The position numbers and the translations under genes were made by a program. From Squalus acanthias (taxonomy: Eukaryota): 64,000 bases of DNA. The stretch covers positions 6,014,001 to 6,078,000 of the forward strand of contig CM059453.1 in the NCBI GenBank assembly GCA_030390025.1, given 5' to 3'. Position 1 is the stretch's first letter, and each line of letters starts with the position of its first letter. The notes below the pieces were generated by a model. It ran no database searches, was not told the origin of the DNA, and saw only the letters and a program-made list of their open reading frames with translations. Of this stretch, positions 50,972 through 63,256 are shown in pieces.

Positions 50972-51879
50972 ATATGTTTAATCTATCTGTAATTGAATAC
51001 TATAAGGGAATTGTTCGAATACTGGTCAGTCACTAAGTGAAAGGTGATAGTGTCAGAAAGTAACGGTTCCATTCAGCATGTCCATACTGAATCTATCTAT
51101 AATTAGTGCAAGGACCACTTTCCATCAGTGGCCCGTTACCAACTGAACCATGTTATGCATTTCAACTTTGAGTCTTCTGAAATATGCTGCCTTTTTATTT
51201 TCCAAGATGAAATGAAATTATCTGAGCACTAGAAGTAGCATGAGCGCTTGAAAAATAGCCTTTTCTGCATTAAGATAAACACTTTAGAAAATCCGAATTC
51301 TGTTCACTCGTCCCCGGATTCTTGTCCTGGTCCACACGACTGCCTACTTCACACAAGTGTAGTTCACAGTGGGGTAAGTGCACATAACAGGCACAAGTAA
51401 TGAATGACGACGGTGTTTTTTCCCCCCAGAATTTCCAAAACAGCGGTTGGAGGAAGCAAGAAGTGTCCAATCCCCGTAGTTCCCCATATAACAATAAAAA
51501 GGTTGATGTCGACCGGTTGCACTGTTTGCTCTCCGGTCCTGCCCTTTCAGTTTGTTCTACCGCTGCAGCACCTTCCCCCACCCAACGGACCAGGAATTTT
51601 AGGCCCTATATTATCCGGTTACAGAACTGTTTTTTATTTAACACATGTTCATGATTTCTGTCTATCAACTGCAGTGTTGTAATATCGATGTCTAATATGG
51701 AGCATGTTTTCTCACGTTTAGATAAATTGTCCTGGATACATATCGCCCTGAGTGGATCAACAAATCTCCTTTATATCATGCTGACTATAGCCTTCATTGC
51801 GGAGCAGATGCGGATGTACAGGTGGTTTTATAATTCGATAGACGGGTAGTTTGGGGAAGTCTCATTCAAAACGAACTTA

Positions 51880-52176
51880 AGTGAGAAGTCGCACAACACC
51901 AGGTTATAGTCCAACAGTTTTATTTGAAATCACAAGCTTTCGGAGCTGCTGCTCCTTCGTCACGTGAAGTGAAGGATTACAAATCGGCAACGCATTTATA
52001 GACAGAACTCTGTCTCTGTCTATATATGCTTTGCCGAATTGTATTCCTTCCCTGCACCTGACGGAGGAGCAGCAGCTCCGAAAGCTTGAGATTTCAAATA
52101 AAACTTTTGAACTATAACCTGGTGTTGTGCGACTTCTCACTTATGTCCACCCCAGTCCAACACCGGCATCTCCGCA
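51880..52176. mobile_element. Palindromic Penelope-like (inverted pLTR) non-autonomous insertion with 14-bp TSD
   Basis: Inverted arms span 51878-52143. TCAAAACGAACTTA is repeated at 51866-51879 and 52177-52190. The site is empty in gene B (about 31398-31412). Confidence 0.75.
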
Positions 52177-55100
52177 TCAAAACGAACTTAGACATAAGGA
52201 AATCTTATAAATACGAATCTTGATTGACACAAATCACCGCCTCAGAGCAGGGAATGTTCGGGCTGAGCTGGGAGGTATGGAGGAGAGAGTGAGGTGGGAG
52301 GTAGATCCTGCCGCACAGAAACGCCATTTCACATTGGCGCCTGTATAGTTTGGATGATGGGATGGAATATTAAATTTGACTCTTATCCTCGAAAATAAAT
52401 TATAGCTTCATGAAAATGTAAACGCGCCCTCTCCTGGTGGGGATATATTGGTATTGGGCATAAAATATCATCTTACCTCAAATCTGAAATTACATTTTTT
52501 AATTCTGCTTAATTCTAAACTCGTATCATGGGATGCATCATCTGAAGAACCGATGAAATTAAAGCGATATTTTGAAATGTAGGCGGGCAATCAGCGAAAA
52601 CCAAATGAACTGTCTCAGGCTAAATAGGAAGCGTGTGTTTATAAAATGTGCCAATGTCCTTCATATGAACCTGAACACTTTCAGTAAAACCAATCTAGTG
52701 GGAAATTCCTCTCGTGGCCCTTACTTGATCATATTCTAAATGTGGTCAGTAAGTTAACCATGCAGAATGAATCTTCAAAAATATGTTTCTGATGTAGACA
52801 TGTACTCATCTTTTCTTTCCTATTATTAACTGTTTGGATTTATTATATATACATATATATTTCAAATCATTTTTCAGGAAGAAATCAGCAGAGGCGAAGG
52901 TATCTCCAGAACAGATCAAAGACTCAGCGCCCAAAAGTGTCATATGGAGACCTTTGAAGGCCCAGTTGACTGCGGCGAGGTTAACTGTTTCAGTCCGGTG
53001 GTTAGCGATAGAAAACCGGTAAATTCCGGAAATATTCAGCAGGTCAGGCAGCATGTCTGCAGAGAGAAACAGAGTTAACGTTTCAAGTCGCTGAACATTC
53101 ATCAGAACAGATGTTGGGCAGTGAGTCTGTTTGAGTGGTAAATATTGTTATAGTGATGGTTACATATTCGAGTTTTCTTAGATTGTAAATCACCAATCAC
53201 GTTAGGTCCAATTGTTAATCAAAATATCAAAGATAGCCAGTATCTAATAAGGTACGAACTACATTGGGGGCTGGATGTAAACTGTAGGGGCAATAGTGCA
53301 AGTAGATTTCCCCTCAGTAGTTTCCGCACCAGAAAGATGAGAACCAGAGTCAATGTTCATAAAATATAAACGGATCTACATACAGCGACCACTGATTCAA
53401 CCTTCGTGACTGTATATCAACGCAAATTTTGCAACTAACTCAGAAGAAATATACGAAGTCTGAGCGAATAATGAAAGCACATCAGCTTAGATTCCGCTTT
53501 GCATTGAGTTCAGACCTGGTTTATCTCCACTCCTACTTTTTATGTTACAGAGAGACGATGGACATGCAGAAGTGCAACTGTAGTTTATTCTCAAGATGGA
53601 AACCAGTTAAGATGAAAGGATTATGTACACAACTGGAAGATTCTCAATACTGCGAATAATGATAGGTATATCCACCACGAGGACACCTGAATATGGAACA
53701 ATTATATCTAACTGAAAACAAATTTCCAAGTATGCTGGAAATCTGAAAAAGAAACTGGGAACGCTCAGCAGGTCATGCAGCTTCTGTGAAGAGAAAAGCA
53801 GAGTTTAGGTTTCAGGTCGATGGACTTTCGTCAGAACGATTAATATATAGACGGTTAGGGCAGCGGTGTTGCTTTCACTCCGTTCCCTTCGAACGCTGTA
53901 GAGATGCCTCTGAGAATGGACATATTTCAGGGTACATTTAATAACTTCACTGCTGTATGTTGGACGATTTAATTTACAATCACAAACGTTTATCCCCCTG
54001 TATTTCCATTAGTTTTCAAAATGCTGACAGAATGGAACTTAATTTTTGAGACAAATTGGAATTTTGTTTTCAAGTGCAACGCATTGCGACAGGTACATAT
54101 CTATGTGTAATTACTGCGGGAATTCACAAGGGGTCAGGGCACGGCCTAAGTCCTCCAAATTTAGCAAGGACTAACTTCCTTTAGGCATTTTCAATATTGT
54201 GAATTTTTTTGCAACATCGGGACACAGTTTGTAAAAGGCTGGACTGAGTGCGAGTGAGCAGAATAGAGACGATTGCAAACACCCTACAGAAAGTATATCT
54301 CGTCACTTTTCGAAAACCTCACTGAAAAAGGTTATAGCTTTAAAGGCGCTGAGGGGAGTGATGGAAAGCAACCTGAGAAAATGGTGGATATTTCTTTATA
54401 TTTTACAATTTTGCAATAAACTGTTGAATAAAACATTTTTGAAATCTCTTACTTTTTCACACACAGCATTGGCGTCCAGCCTCACAATAGCACAGCCTAT
54501 TGCAACAGTATGATATGTTTATTGCTGTTAAAATCTTAGATTCAGTGAATAATGATAGTTTCAGCAAGCAATACTCTGAAGCATGTGACCTGGTTCCAGT
54601 AGTTTATTAGGTCACATTGTAGTGGAAGTCGGGCGTTCTCACGGTGACTAAAGGAGACATGTCATTGGTACTTTCTTTAGTTCGGATGCATTCTTTTAAT
54701 TGCAGCACGGGCTTACAGCCTTGGGTTAAAATTAATGCTCTCCTTTCTGAGTTATTAGACAAACTGAATCCTGATCTTTCATGTTGCCCTCATACAGGTG
54801 GCGATGATAACAACTTGAGTTTTTTTTCCTCTTTAGATTTTCAGAAGGTATTATTTGATTTCAAATTAAAGAACATGATTGGGGTTCAGCAAGGGGAGGT
54901 AAATGAGCCAAAGGTGTTGTCCTGACAAAAAAATGCAGTTATCATTTAATGCACTCCTTGACTGGTGAATTGCTTTACTGTTAATCATCTTCTGCCTTCC
55001 CTTTCACCTGAAGCTAATGGAGAATAAAATTGGGCGGGGTCTAAAAGCGAATGCCGATTTGCTATCGACAGATTTACATTACCGCCCAAGAGCAATTTCA

Positions 55101-56198
55101 ACCCTGGAAAAATTGTCACTGTTACATCCGGGTGAAAAACGTGCAGGAGGGCTCGACCCAGCATAAACCCCCGCTCCCCATGTTCATTCACTTTACATTA
55201 AATCAATAAATCACCTGACCACTGACTCTGGCTAAGTTGATTTTAAGATCCGAGCCTCTTGTCCACAATTGGAATAAATAGTTCGGTCCTGAACCCACGT
55301 CAATTTTATTCCACTTGCTCCCAGTGAAATTTGGAGAAATAATGGTTGAGCATTACTATGTATCCAGGATTAAACCCACAATGATCAAGTTGCAGGACCT
55401 GCTGTTTAAATCATTTCAGCTATGAATTTTTCAGCGGTGTTTGCATTTTCGGCAAAAAAACCTTTAAGTCCATTTTACACGTACCAGACCTCATACCTAA
55501 TTTGCAATAAAAGCACTGCAACAAATAGAGTGGGTTTTCTGTTAGGTTCTGCAAAATTAGCGATCTTGTGTGTGAATGCAAAGAGTTAAATTATCAGAAG
55601 AAATGCTGTTTAGCACAGTGTCAAACGGTTTACTCTTAAACAGCTCTTATCTATGACGTAACTGATACATATCGGAGCGCTCACTAACGAAGGTGTCGAA
55701 ACCACACGTCTAAAGACTGCAGCAAGCTAACTAACTGTAGTTAACAACTCTCCAACATTCAGCTCGTATTAGCTGCCAGAAAGCTGAATATGTGTGAATT
55801 GTGAGACAGAGGCGTCTGCAAGCGTGGGCGATGCCATTCTGACACAGACGCCAATATATCAATATCATAACTAAAAGTACATTTGATGTTTGTGTTTGTT
55901 TGTAAGAGAGAGTGAGATGATGTTTCCGTATTAAGCATTATTTAGCAACTGTTAGACATACTATAACATCATATTGATTAACATGATGTGCTAACTGCGT
56001 ACCTCACCAACGGAGCTGACTGAGTGTGCACTGTTCCTACAGATTGGTAGGAACCGAATCGGATTTCCCCAATAGCCTGATGCTGATTCGCAAAGAAATG
56101 CAAGATGTGACTTGAAAGAAGGATGCTGAAATCTGAATGTTGTAAATTGTGAACTAGGTTCTAAATTTTGCGAGTGAAATCGGTAGCAGTTTACAGCC

Positions 56199-59100
56199 AT
56201 GAGGAGTTGTGTGTTCCTTTCGCTCATGATGCTGACAGAAGGTACATTTCTGATGTTTTTTTTACAATTTCTACAACAATTGATTTATATCTTGTGGGAA
56301 AGGAAAAGGAAAATACCGAATTGAATGATTTTTTGTTATTAATTTCAAAACTTGTGAAATAGGAATTTCATGATTGATTAACGCGTGCGTTGTTGTTGTT
56401 TTATAGCTTTTTAAAGCCTATTCAAATAATCTTTAAATATAGGGCTTTTCGAATTATATTTAATCAGTATTGTAATTCAGATATAAGAACATTTCCTTCA
56501 TATTTATCCTGTGATGCAAAGGAGAATCAATAGATGTTTAGATATTTTAATGCATATTTAATGCGCATTTGTATTGGGTGTTCGCTTACTTGTTAATGGA
56601 TATGTATTCGTTTTTTAGATGAGTATTAAATATGTATATTACCGGGTCATAAACATCCCATCAAATAAGCATTACTATGATTATTTCAATAGGTGTTGTG
56701 ATTGGAATTTATTTAGTATTTTTTCTTGATTTTGAAAAGACCTTCACTTATATTTAAATTGCTAGTGTGATGGGCGATTATTTGTCAATTAAAAAATACA
56801 TTAACGGATGTTTCAGATATTGAAATGTATTTTGAATTAAAGTGTGTCTAATTTATTTTTCTCAGTTGTTTGCAGTGCTCAATGCGCTGTGTTGATGCCA
56901 AAAGATGTGTCGGCGGTGGTCGGTTCATGTGCAGAGATCCGTGTACGTGTACGTTTGATTATACAGTCAATCGGAGAATCGCTGGTGTGACCTGCTTAAA
57001 GAGGGAACCTGGTTCTGGTAACCGGGGTTTCTCCATTGTCTATGATTCTGGAAATCCATCCAAGCAGCATTACAACTATCGTGGAAGAGTTGAGTTGAAG
57101 GGCAACATTGAAAACAAACAATATTCCTTCCTGCTAAAGGATATCAGGGAGAGTGATGAGGGTACATACGAAAGCAGCATCGAGTTCGCTCCGGGCTCGT
57201 CTATGAATAGACGTCGCACTCAGTGTACTCACGTATTTCTTTCTGTTTTAGGTGAGTTTTCCCTTTGTTCCTTTTGAACATGTTCAATCCAGTACTTCAG
57301 TATGAATCAACCTATGTGCAAAGAGTGCAAATATCTTCATGTCCCTGGCCGATCTCAAAGGGTATTTGAAACAGAGGTGCACGGTTGCTGATAAGGGACG
57401 CAGTGGTTCATATACTGAACACAGAAGTAAATATAAATTACAGCAGTAAAACAGGCCCTTCGGCCCAGCCAGTTCGTGTTGCTGGTCGTCCTTCACATGA
57501 GCAACACTTCTAACTCCTCTGTCCCGTTGCTTAATAAGTTTAAGCACTTCTGTCAAATCATCCCAAAATCTGTTTAACCTAATAAAATCTGCAAACATTT
57601 TTAAATACTTTCCTCGTTTTTGTACTTCCTCATACCAGCCAGAACCTAGGCGAATAAGCCCTGTAGTCTTCCTATGGACTGGAGCCCAATACTCGCATTC
57701 TTACTCCAATTATGAACTAACTATTGTTCTCTTTAGAATCTCCACCACATCTCGAATTCCTTTTATAGATCTCTTGCCATTAAACCCTGAGCTCCAGAAA
57801 CATCTTCATACACTTTCCCACCGGAGGTGCTGCTTTTACTGTCTTATGAACCTGATCCCAAGTTCCTCTGCTCTTACACATCTCCCAGCTCCTACGGTTC
57901 AAATTAACATCTACCTCCTCATATTTTCCGATCTTTACTTATATCTGCCTCTTATGTATCCATTGTACTATATCTCCAGTATCCGTTTGCAACTCCCTTT
58001 AGTTCTCTAGTTATTTCCTGGGAGTTGCACTTGTAACTTTGGCATGGGTGTCAAACTTGAGATATTGGATGTGCCTCTCAATATACACCCCGCCCAATTT
58101 TCATATTGATACAATCCAATTAATTTATGCCAGGAAAATTTGAACATCACTCTCTTTAGCTTCTTCTCCAAATTATTGATTCACACAGTGAGTAGGAGCA
58201 ATCCCACAGCACAACCCTGTGGGACACCGTACTGGGATCCAACTATTCTGAGCAACTGCGCTTAACGGCGACTCACTGCTTCATCCCTTCTAAACAGTTT
58301 GTATTGCAATGTCTCCCTTATCCTTAATTCCAATCTTCTTGATATTATCTCCAATTATCTCCTGTACTTACCGTCGGCAATGGCTTGCAGTTTACATTTC
58401 AAATTACTTTTGTGTGAAGCATTTTTGGAAGTCACGAAGACTGGAAAGGCACTTAATGAATGCAGTCTTTTTTCGTGCATTTCCCTATTCAGAACTCATT
58501 TACCCCGCTTTCAATTAGATCTGAATTGAAAAGTAAATTTTACAGTTATGCGAAAGTGAGTTCTAATTAAGATTTATTTGTAGACTCTGATCCCACGTCA
58601 ACAGCATGCTGTTTCTGCTGAAGGATTCATGAGATTTACATGCGAGATATCTGCTTTGTTTCTCCAGCACAAGTCTATGTTACCTGGCATATTCTGATCA
58701 GTCCATTTCTTGAGCATAATCTTTCTATATTGACTTTTCTTTGCAACATATCCTTTGGATCTCTCTGTGTCTACAATAGTCACAATCTCACTGGCAAGTG
58801 CTGGTGCATTGCAAGGCCTATGAGAGGATCAAATACGAGTGATAAGAACATAAGAAAATAAGAGCATAATAAATAGGAACAGGAGTAGGCCATTCGGCTC
58901 TCGAGCCTGCCCCGCCATTCATTAAGATCATGGCTGATTTGATCTTGGCCTCAACGCCAGTTTGCCGCCCGCTCCCCATAACCCTTTACTCCCCAGTAGC
59001 TCAAACATATATCTATCTCCGCCTCGAATATATTCAATGACTCCGCCTCCAAACCTCGCTGGGGCAGAGAATTCCAAAGATTCACGACCTCTGAGAGAAG

Positions 59101-62100
59101 AAATTCCTCCTCATCTCCGTTTTCAATGGGTGACCCCTTATCATTAATCTGTTTCCCGTAGTTATAAGTTACCCACGAAATGAGACATTCTCCCTGTCCC
59201 TAACATGTGAATCTCCCTCAAAATCTTCTATGTTTCAATAAGATCACCTCTCATTCTTGTAAACTCCAATGTGTATAAGCCCAACCTGCTCAACCTTTCT
59301 TCATAAGATATCTCCTTCATCTCCGGTGTTAATCTAGTGAACCTTCTCTGAACAGCGTCCAAAGCAAGAATATCCCTCCTTAAATAAGGAGTCAAAAAAA
59401 CTGCATGCAGTACTCCAGATGTGGTATCACCAGCGCCCTGCACAGTTGCAGCCATACTTCCCTACTTTTATTCTCCATCCCCCTTGTAATAAAGGCCAAC
59501 ATTCCAGTTGCCTTCTTAATTACATGCTGTAACTGCATGCTAACATTTTGTGTTTCATGCACGAGGACCCACAGATCCCTCTGTACCGCAGCATTATGTA
59601 GTCTCTTTCGATTTACATAATAATTTGCTTTTTTTTTCCTACCAAAGTGGAAAACCTCACATATTTGAAGAATTAACGCTGATTCTAATTCCTGCGTGAA
59701 AAAGCAGGTCTGCAGGTATCAGGTCCATTAGGTTAAATAATGGTGGCCATATGTTGCCCATAAGGAAACAAGCTACTTTATAATTCCAAGGAATAATTCA
59801 GAATAGGGAACACACTTGCAACACATAGCAAACCAAAAAAAACAAAAATTATTTATTTTTAAATTCTTTATCAGTTTGAGTTGGAGCAGATAACTTGCAC
59901 GTTTTAACTTTGAAGTGAAACTAACACACGCGTTTGCTCCTGCTCTTATAGAAAAGCCAGAGCTTTCAGGTTATGGCCAACTGATCGCTGGACAACCTGC
60001 GCGACTGACCTGTTCCGTCATCCACAACTGCCCGTATGGCAACCTGCAACTGAAGTGGATTAATTACAATGTGTCCCTTCCTCTTCCATGGGACACTCAA
60101 CATCGAGCAGGAATTATCAATGAGCGTTTAGTTTCTCGGAGAGTTTCATCCGTGCTCACCTTCACTCCATCATCTGTTCATGACGGAACAGCTCTCGGAT
60201 GCACAATTTTAATTGATGGTATCCCAACTGCTTCTCCACAAACTCGTACCTTGAAGATTAAATGTAAGTGTCTGCACTGAAGTTAATAGATATAACCTAT
60301 CGGCCAACGGCTTTGATTATTTGTACTTTCATCACAAACAAGTTAAGAAGGGTTTAGGACCGCATCAAATTATGTATTGAGCAAAGATGGGCGTCTGTAC
60401 TCTCAGTGTACACCTGGAAAATTAATGAATCGGAATGGTGCTCAAACCAATCCTCATAGCAATACTATTTTAGGAGGATTCAGACCTATAAATCAATCCT
60501 GGGGGCTGGCAGAGTTTGGTTTATGTGATTTTTAATTCGCATTCTAATGACTTCCAGTGACGTTCTGAGTTTAATCAGTCATAAATGCATTAATAAAGGA
60601 CATGGCCAGAAATCTAAAGCTGATCGCTGCTATGATACTAGATCGGATATCTGGTTGGGCTTCAGAATTGGTCTGAATGACGTACCAGTGTTAACGTACA
60701 TAAGCCACCAAACGGAAAAAAGGGGAAGGGTGGGGTACGTTTTCGAGGAAATATATGTTCTTTTATAACTTTAAATTGAGGGACAGTAAAATTTAGAAGT
60801 TTTCAATTCATAACGACCCAAAATCAATATTTCATTTGGAGCGAAATCATGCTGACTGAATATTCACGATTTGCATTAATGCCTGTTTCAGATGGACTGG
60901 ACATACCAATCGTAAATTCCTCTATAGTAGCTGTGGAAGGAAGCTCATTGTTATTATACTGCACGGCTTGGGGGAAACCCCTGGTCAGTTTAAGATGGCT
61001 GAAAAATGGTCAAGAGATCAACAGATCTTCCAACGGTGAACTAAAGCAGATATTCCATAACATTAGTTCTGAGGATGACGGTGAATATTGGTGCATAGCT
61101 GAAAATGCCCTGGGCACCACTAACCGCTCCACACAGATTTCAGTACAATGTAAGTATGTATAAATTTATCAATGAGACAGTAAGCTTTCATTTCACGAAC
61201 TTTGTATTAAATTCCAATTTTCTCCCTCCTGCTTGCTGAAGGCGCCCATGTGCACGAGTTTGGGATAGTGCCAACACTTCCTGCGGAAATAACGCAAAAG
61301 CACCTCGATGGCTCCAATGATGGAAACTTACCTGGCCTCTAGCTCGGTATGACAGGATTGGAAGATGTTACAATGTGGCATAAATGCATCATGTTGTACA
61401 TTAATGAGTTTGCGACAGGAGCAGATTTACTGGGACCTTTGCTCTACATCTAAGTGTTCATAAATATTAATCTTAGTCTGAAGAAAGCAATTTTCCAATT
61501 CTTAGAACGCCAATCGCACATTTTGATAAGCAGAAATTCTCCCAACATTATCTAATAAAATGGTGTTAAGCCAACTTCTATTACTTGTATTAATGTTGAG
61601 TTAGGTCCTTTGAACTGTCGCCTTGTAAGCCAGACATTTATTGAAGAAACACTTCAGTCCAACACAAAAGAAAATGTTTAAAATAGTGCATAACGTGAAG
61701 ACATTGAAATTAATTTACCTTTTAAATCAGTGACGGGTGAATCACGTTTGTGGGTATATTATACATAATTAAAATTCTGAGCTTGCTCCGTCTGAGGTAC
61801 CCCCACAACATCTGTCAGGACAGGTATGGTTGGACTGTACACTCATTGGGTTCAATATGAAATTATTCCTTACGGCGCTCACGTGTTACAAGTGAAAATA
61901 TAGCAAGCCACCAACTGGTGCAACAAAGGCTGCCTCATATTAAAATAGAACCTACCAGAACTATTATGGTTAGTTCAACACATGACTTAATTGTACTTCG
62001 ACAATGCAGCTGCTTTACATGATCATTTCCTCTTGCTGTTTCCATCTTTTTAGATAAACCCACAATTTTAGCAGGCCCGACATGCAGCAGCTCTGAGAAT

Positions 62101-63256
62101 TGGGCGAACTGTAGCTGCCGGATCAGAGCCAATCCACCGGGAAACATCACGTGGTGCCTCAATGAGAGCATCCTCACTGGGAACAGGTCGGATGTGGAAG
62201 TCATCTCCTGGGCGGTGAATAGTCACCTCGTGGAGAGCTCCCTGAGATTGACTCACCCAACCGGAACAGGAAACCTGATCTCTTGTGTTGCAGCAAACGA
62301 ACACGGTTATTCTGTCAGCAAATACCAGCTCCACTCTAAGGGTACGTGTTTACTCTATCTGTAATGTAATACTATAAGGGAGTTGGTGCATCACTGGTCA
62401 GTCATTAAGTGAACGGTGTTAGTGTCAGCAAATTTCAGCTTCATTCAGCAGGTCCATACTGAATCTCTCTCGAATTAGTGTAAGGACCACTTTCAATCAG
62501 TGCTCAATCACGAACTGAAAATGAGGTTGGCATTATCCATTTTAACTATAAGTCTTCTGAAACATTTTCGGTTTATATTTTCAAGATAACATGGAAATAT
62601 CTGAGCACCAGAAGAAGCCAGTGAGCTTGGAAAACAAATTCTTCTGAATTACATAAAACCTTTCGAAAATCCTAATTAATCACACAACATATTAGTAAAA
62701 TGCAATCTACCCTTTGGTATATACATGCTCATTTCTATCTTGTTCAGACGCATTTGAATCTATCAAGCCGATATTTAAAATCGAAGCGAAATCGAATTAT
62801 CTCTCTAGATTACAAATTTTACCGCTGCAACTGGTGACCTTGGCGGGCCTGCATTCTGATTGGATTATGTCCGCTGTTTTTCCGAGGGTTGGTTGTCTTT
62901 TGAACTTCATTTGTCACTTGTGATTTTTAAATCAGCGATTCGTAAATTATTTATTTCGAATATACACCAGGCCGCAACAGAGGAATTAAATGCTTTTACA
63001 CAAGGATCATCAGGTTGAAACAAGCGTAGTACCTAATTTTCCACTTGCTTTTTGATCCGAAAATAAAGAAAACTTGCTTCCCAACACTCACAAATGTGCT
63101 TCCAAGATTGTTATTTAAACACAATTACCTAATGTGCAGCAATGATTTTATCAACATTTTAGGAATATTCTCCAGGACAATCGTCCTCATAATCGGAGGA
63201 GGAGCCTCTGGGCTTGTTATTCTAATTGCAGTCGCGGTAACGCTGATGATACAAAG
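56199..63256 (+). pseudogene. Gene E: A-type (inhibitory-like) paralog with frameshifted V; exons 56199-56241, 56866-57251, 59952-60263, 60892-61149, 62054-62341, 63163-63256; tail expected beyond the window
   Basis: V exon is 386 bp (+5: GTGTAC duplication plus a 1-bp loss near 56940), giving an early TGA, and the C-strand Trp is now Cys. The C2 and TM exons are open with canonical sites. The 3' intron is collinear with gene A. Confidence 0.8.
58845..59660 (-). mobile_element. CR1/HER1-type LINE 3' fragment in gene E intron
   Basis: Minus ORF 59228-59455 reads VQRRFTRL..LGLYTLEF..RGDLIET, with tail aagaacataagaa. Confidence 0.88.

Larger units (their letters stand above)
45542..53583 (+). 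pseudogene. Gene D: B-type Siglec-like paralog, apparently disabled (exons 45542-45584, 46360-46739, 48920-49231, 50247-50534, 51722-51821, 52878-52965, 53551-53583)
   Basis: V exon is 380 bp (1-bp deletion, TGA at 46680-46682). The second C2 exon is deleted at about 49401. The donor after 52965 is TT instead of GT. The other exons are open. Confidence 0.8.
38307..58716 (+). repeat. Tandem segmental duplication unit 2 (gene D and 5' part of gene E)
   Basis: Starts at the junction ...cttgagca|agacgctcc (homologous to 17203). The point homologous to 38306 is cttgagca at 58716. Confidence 0.9.
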
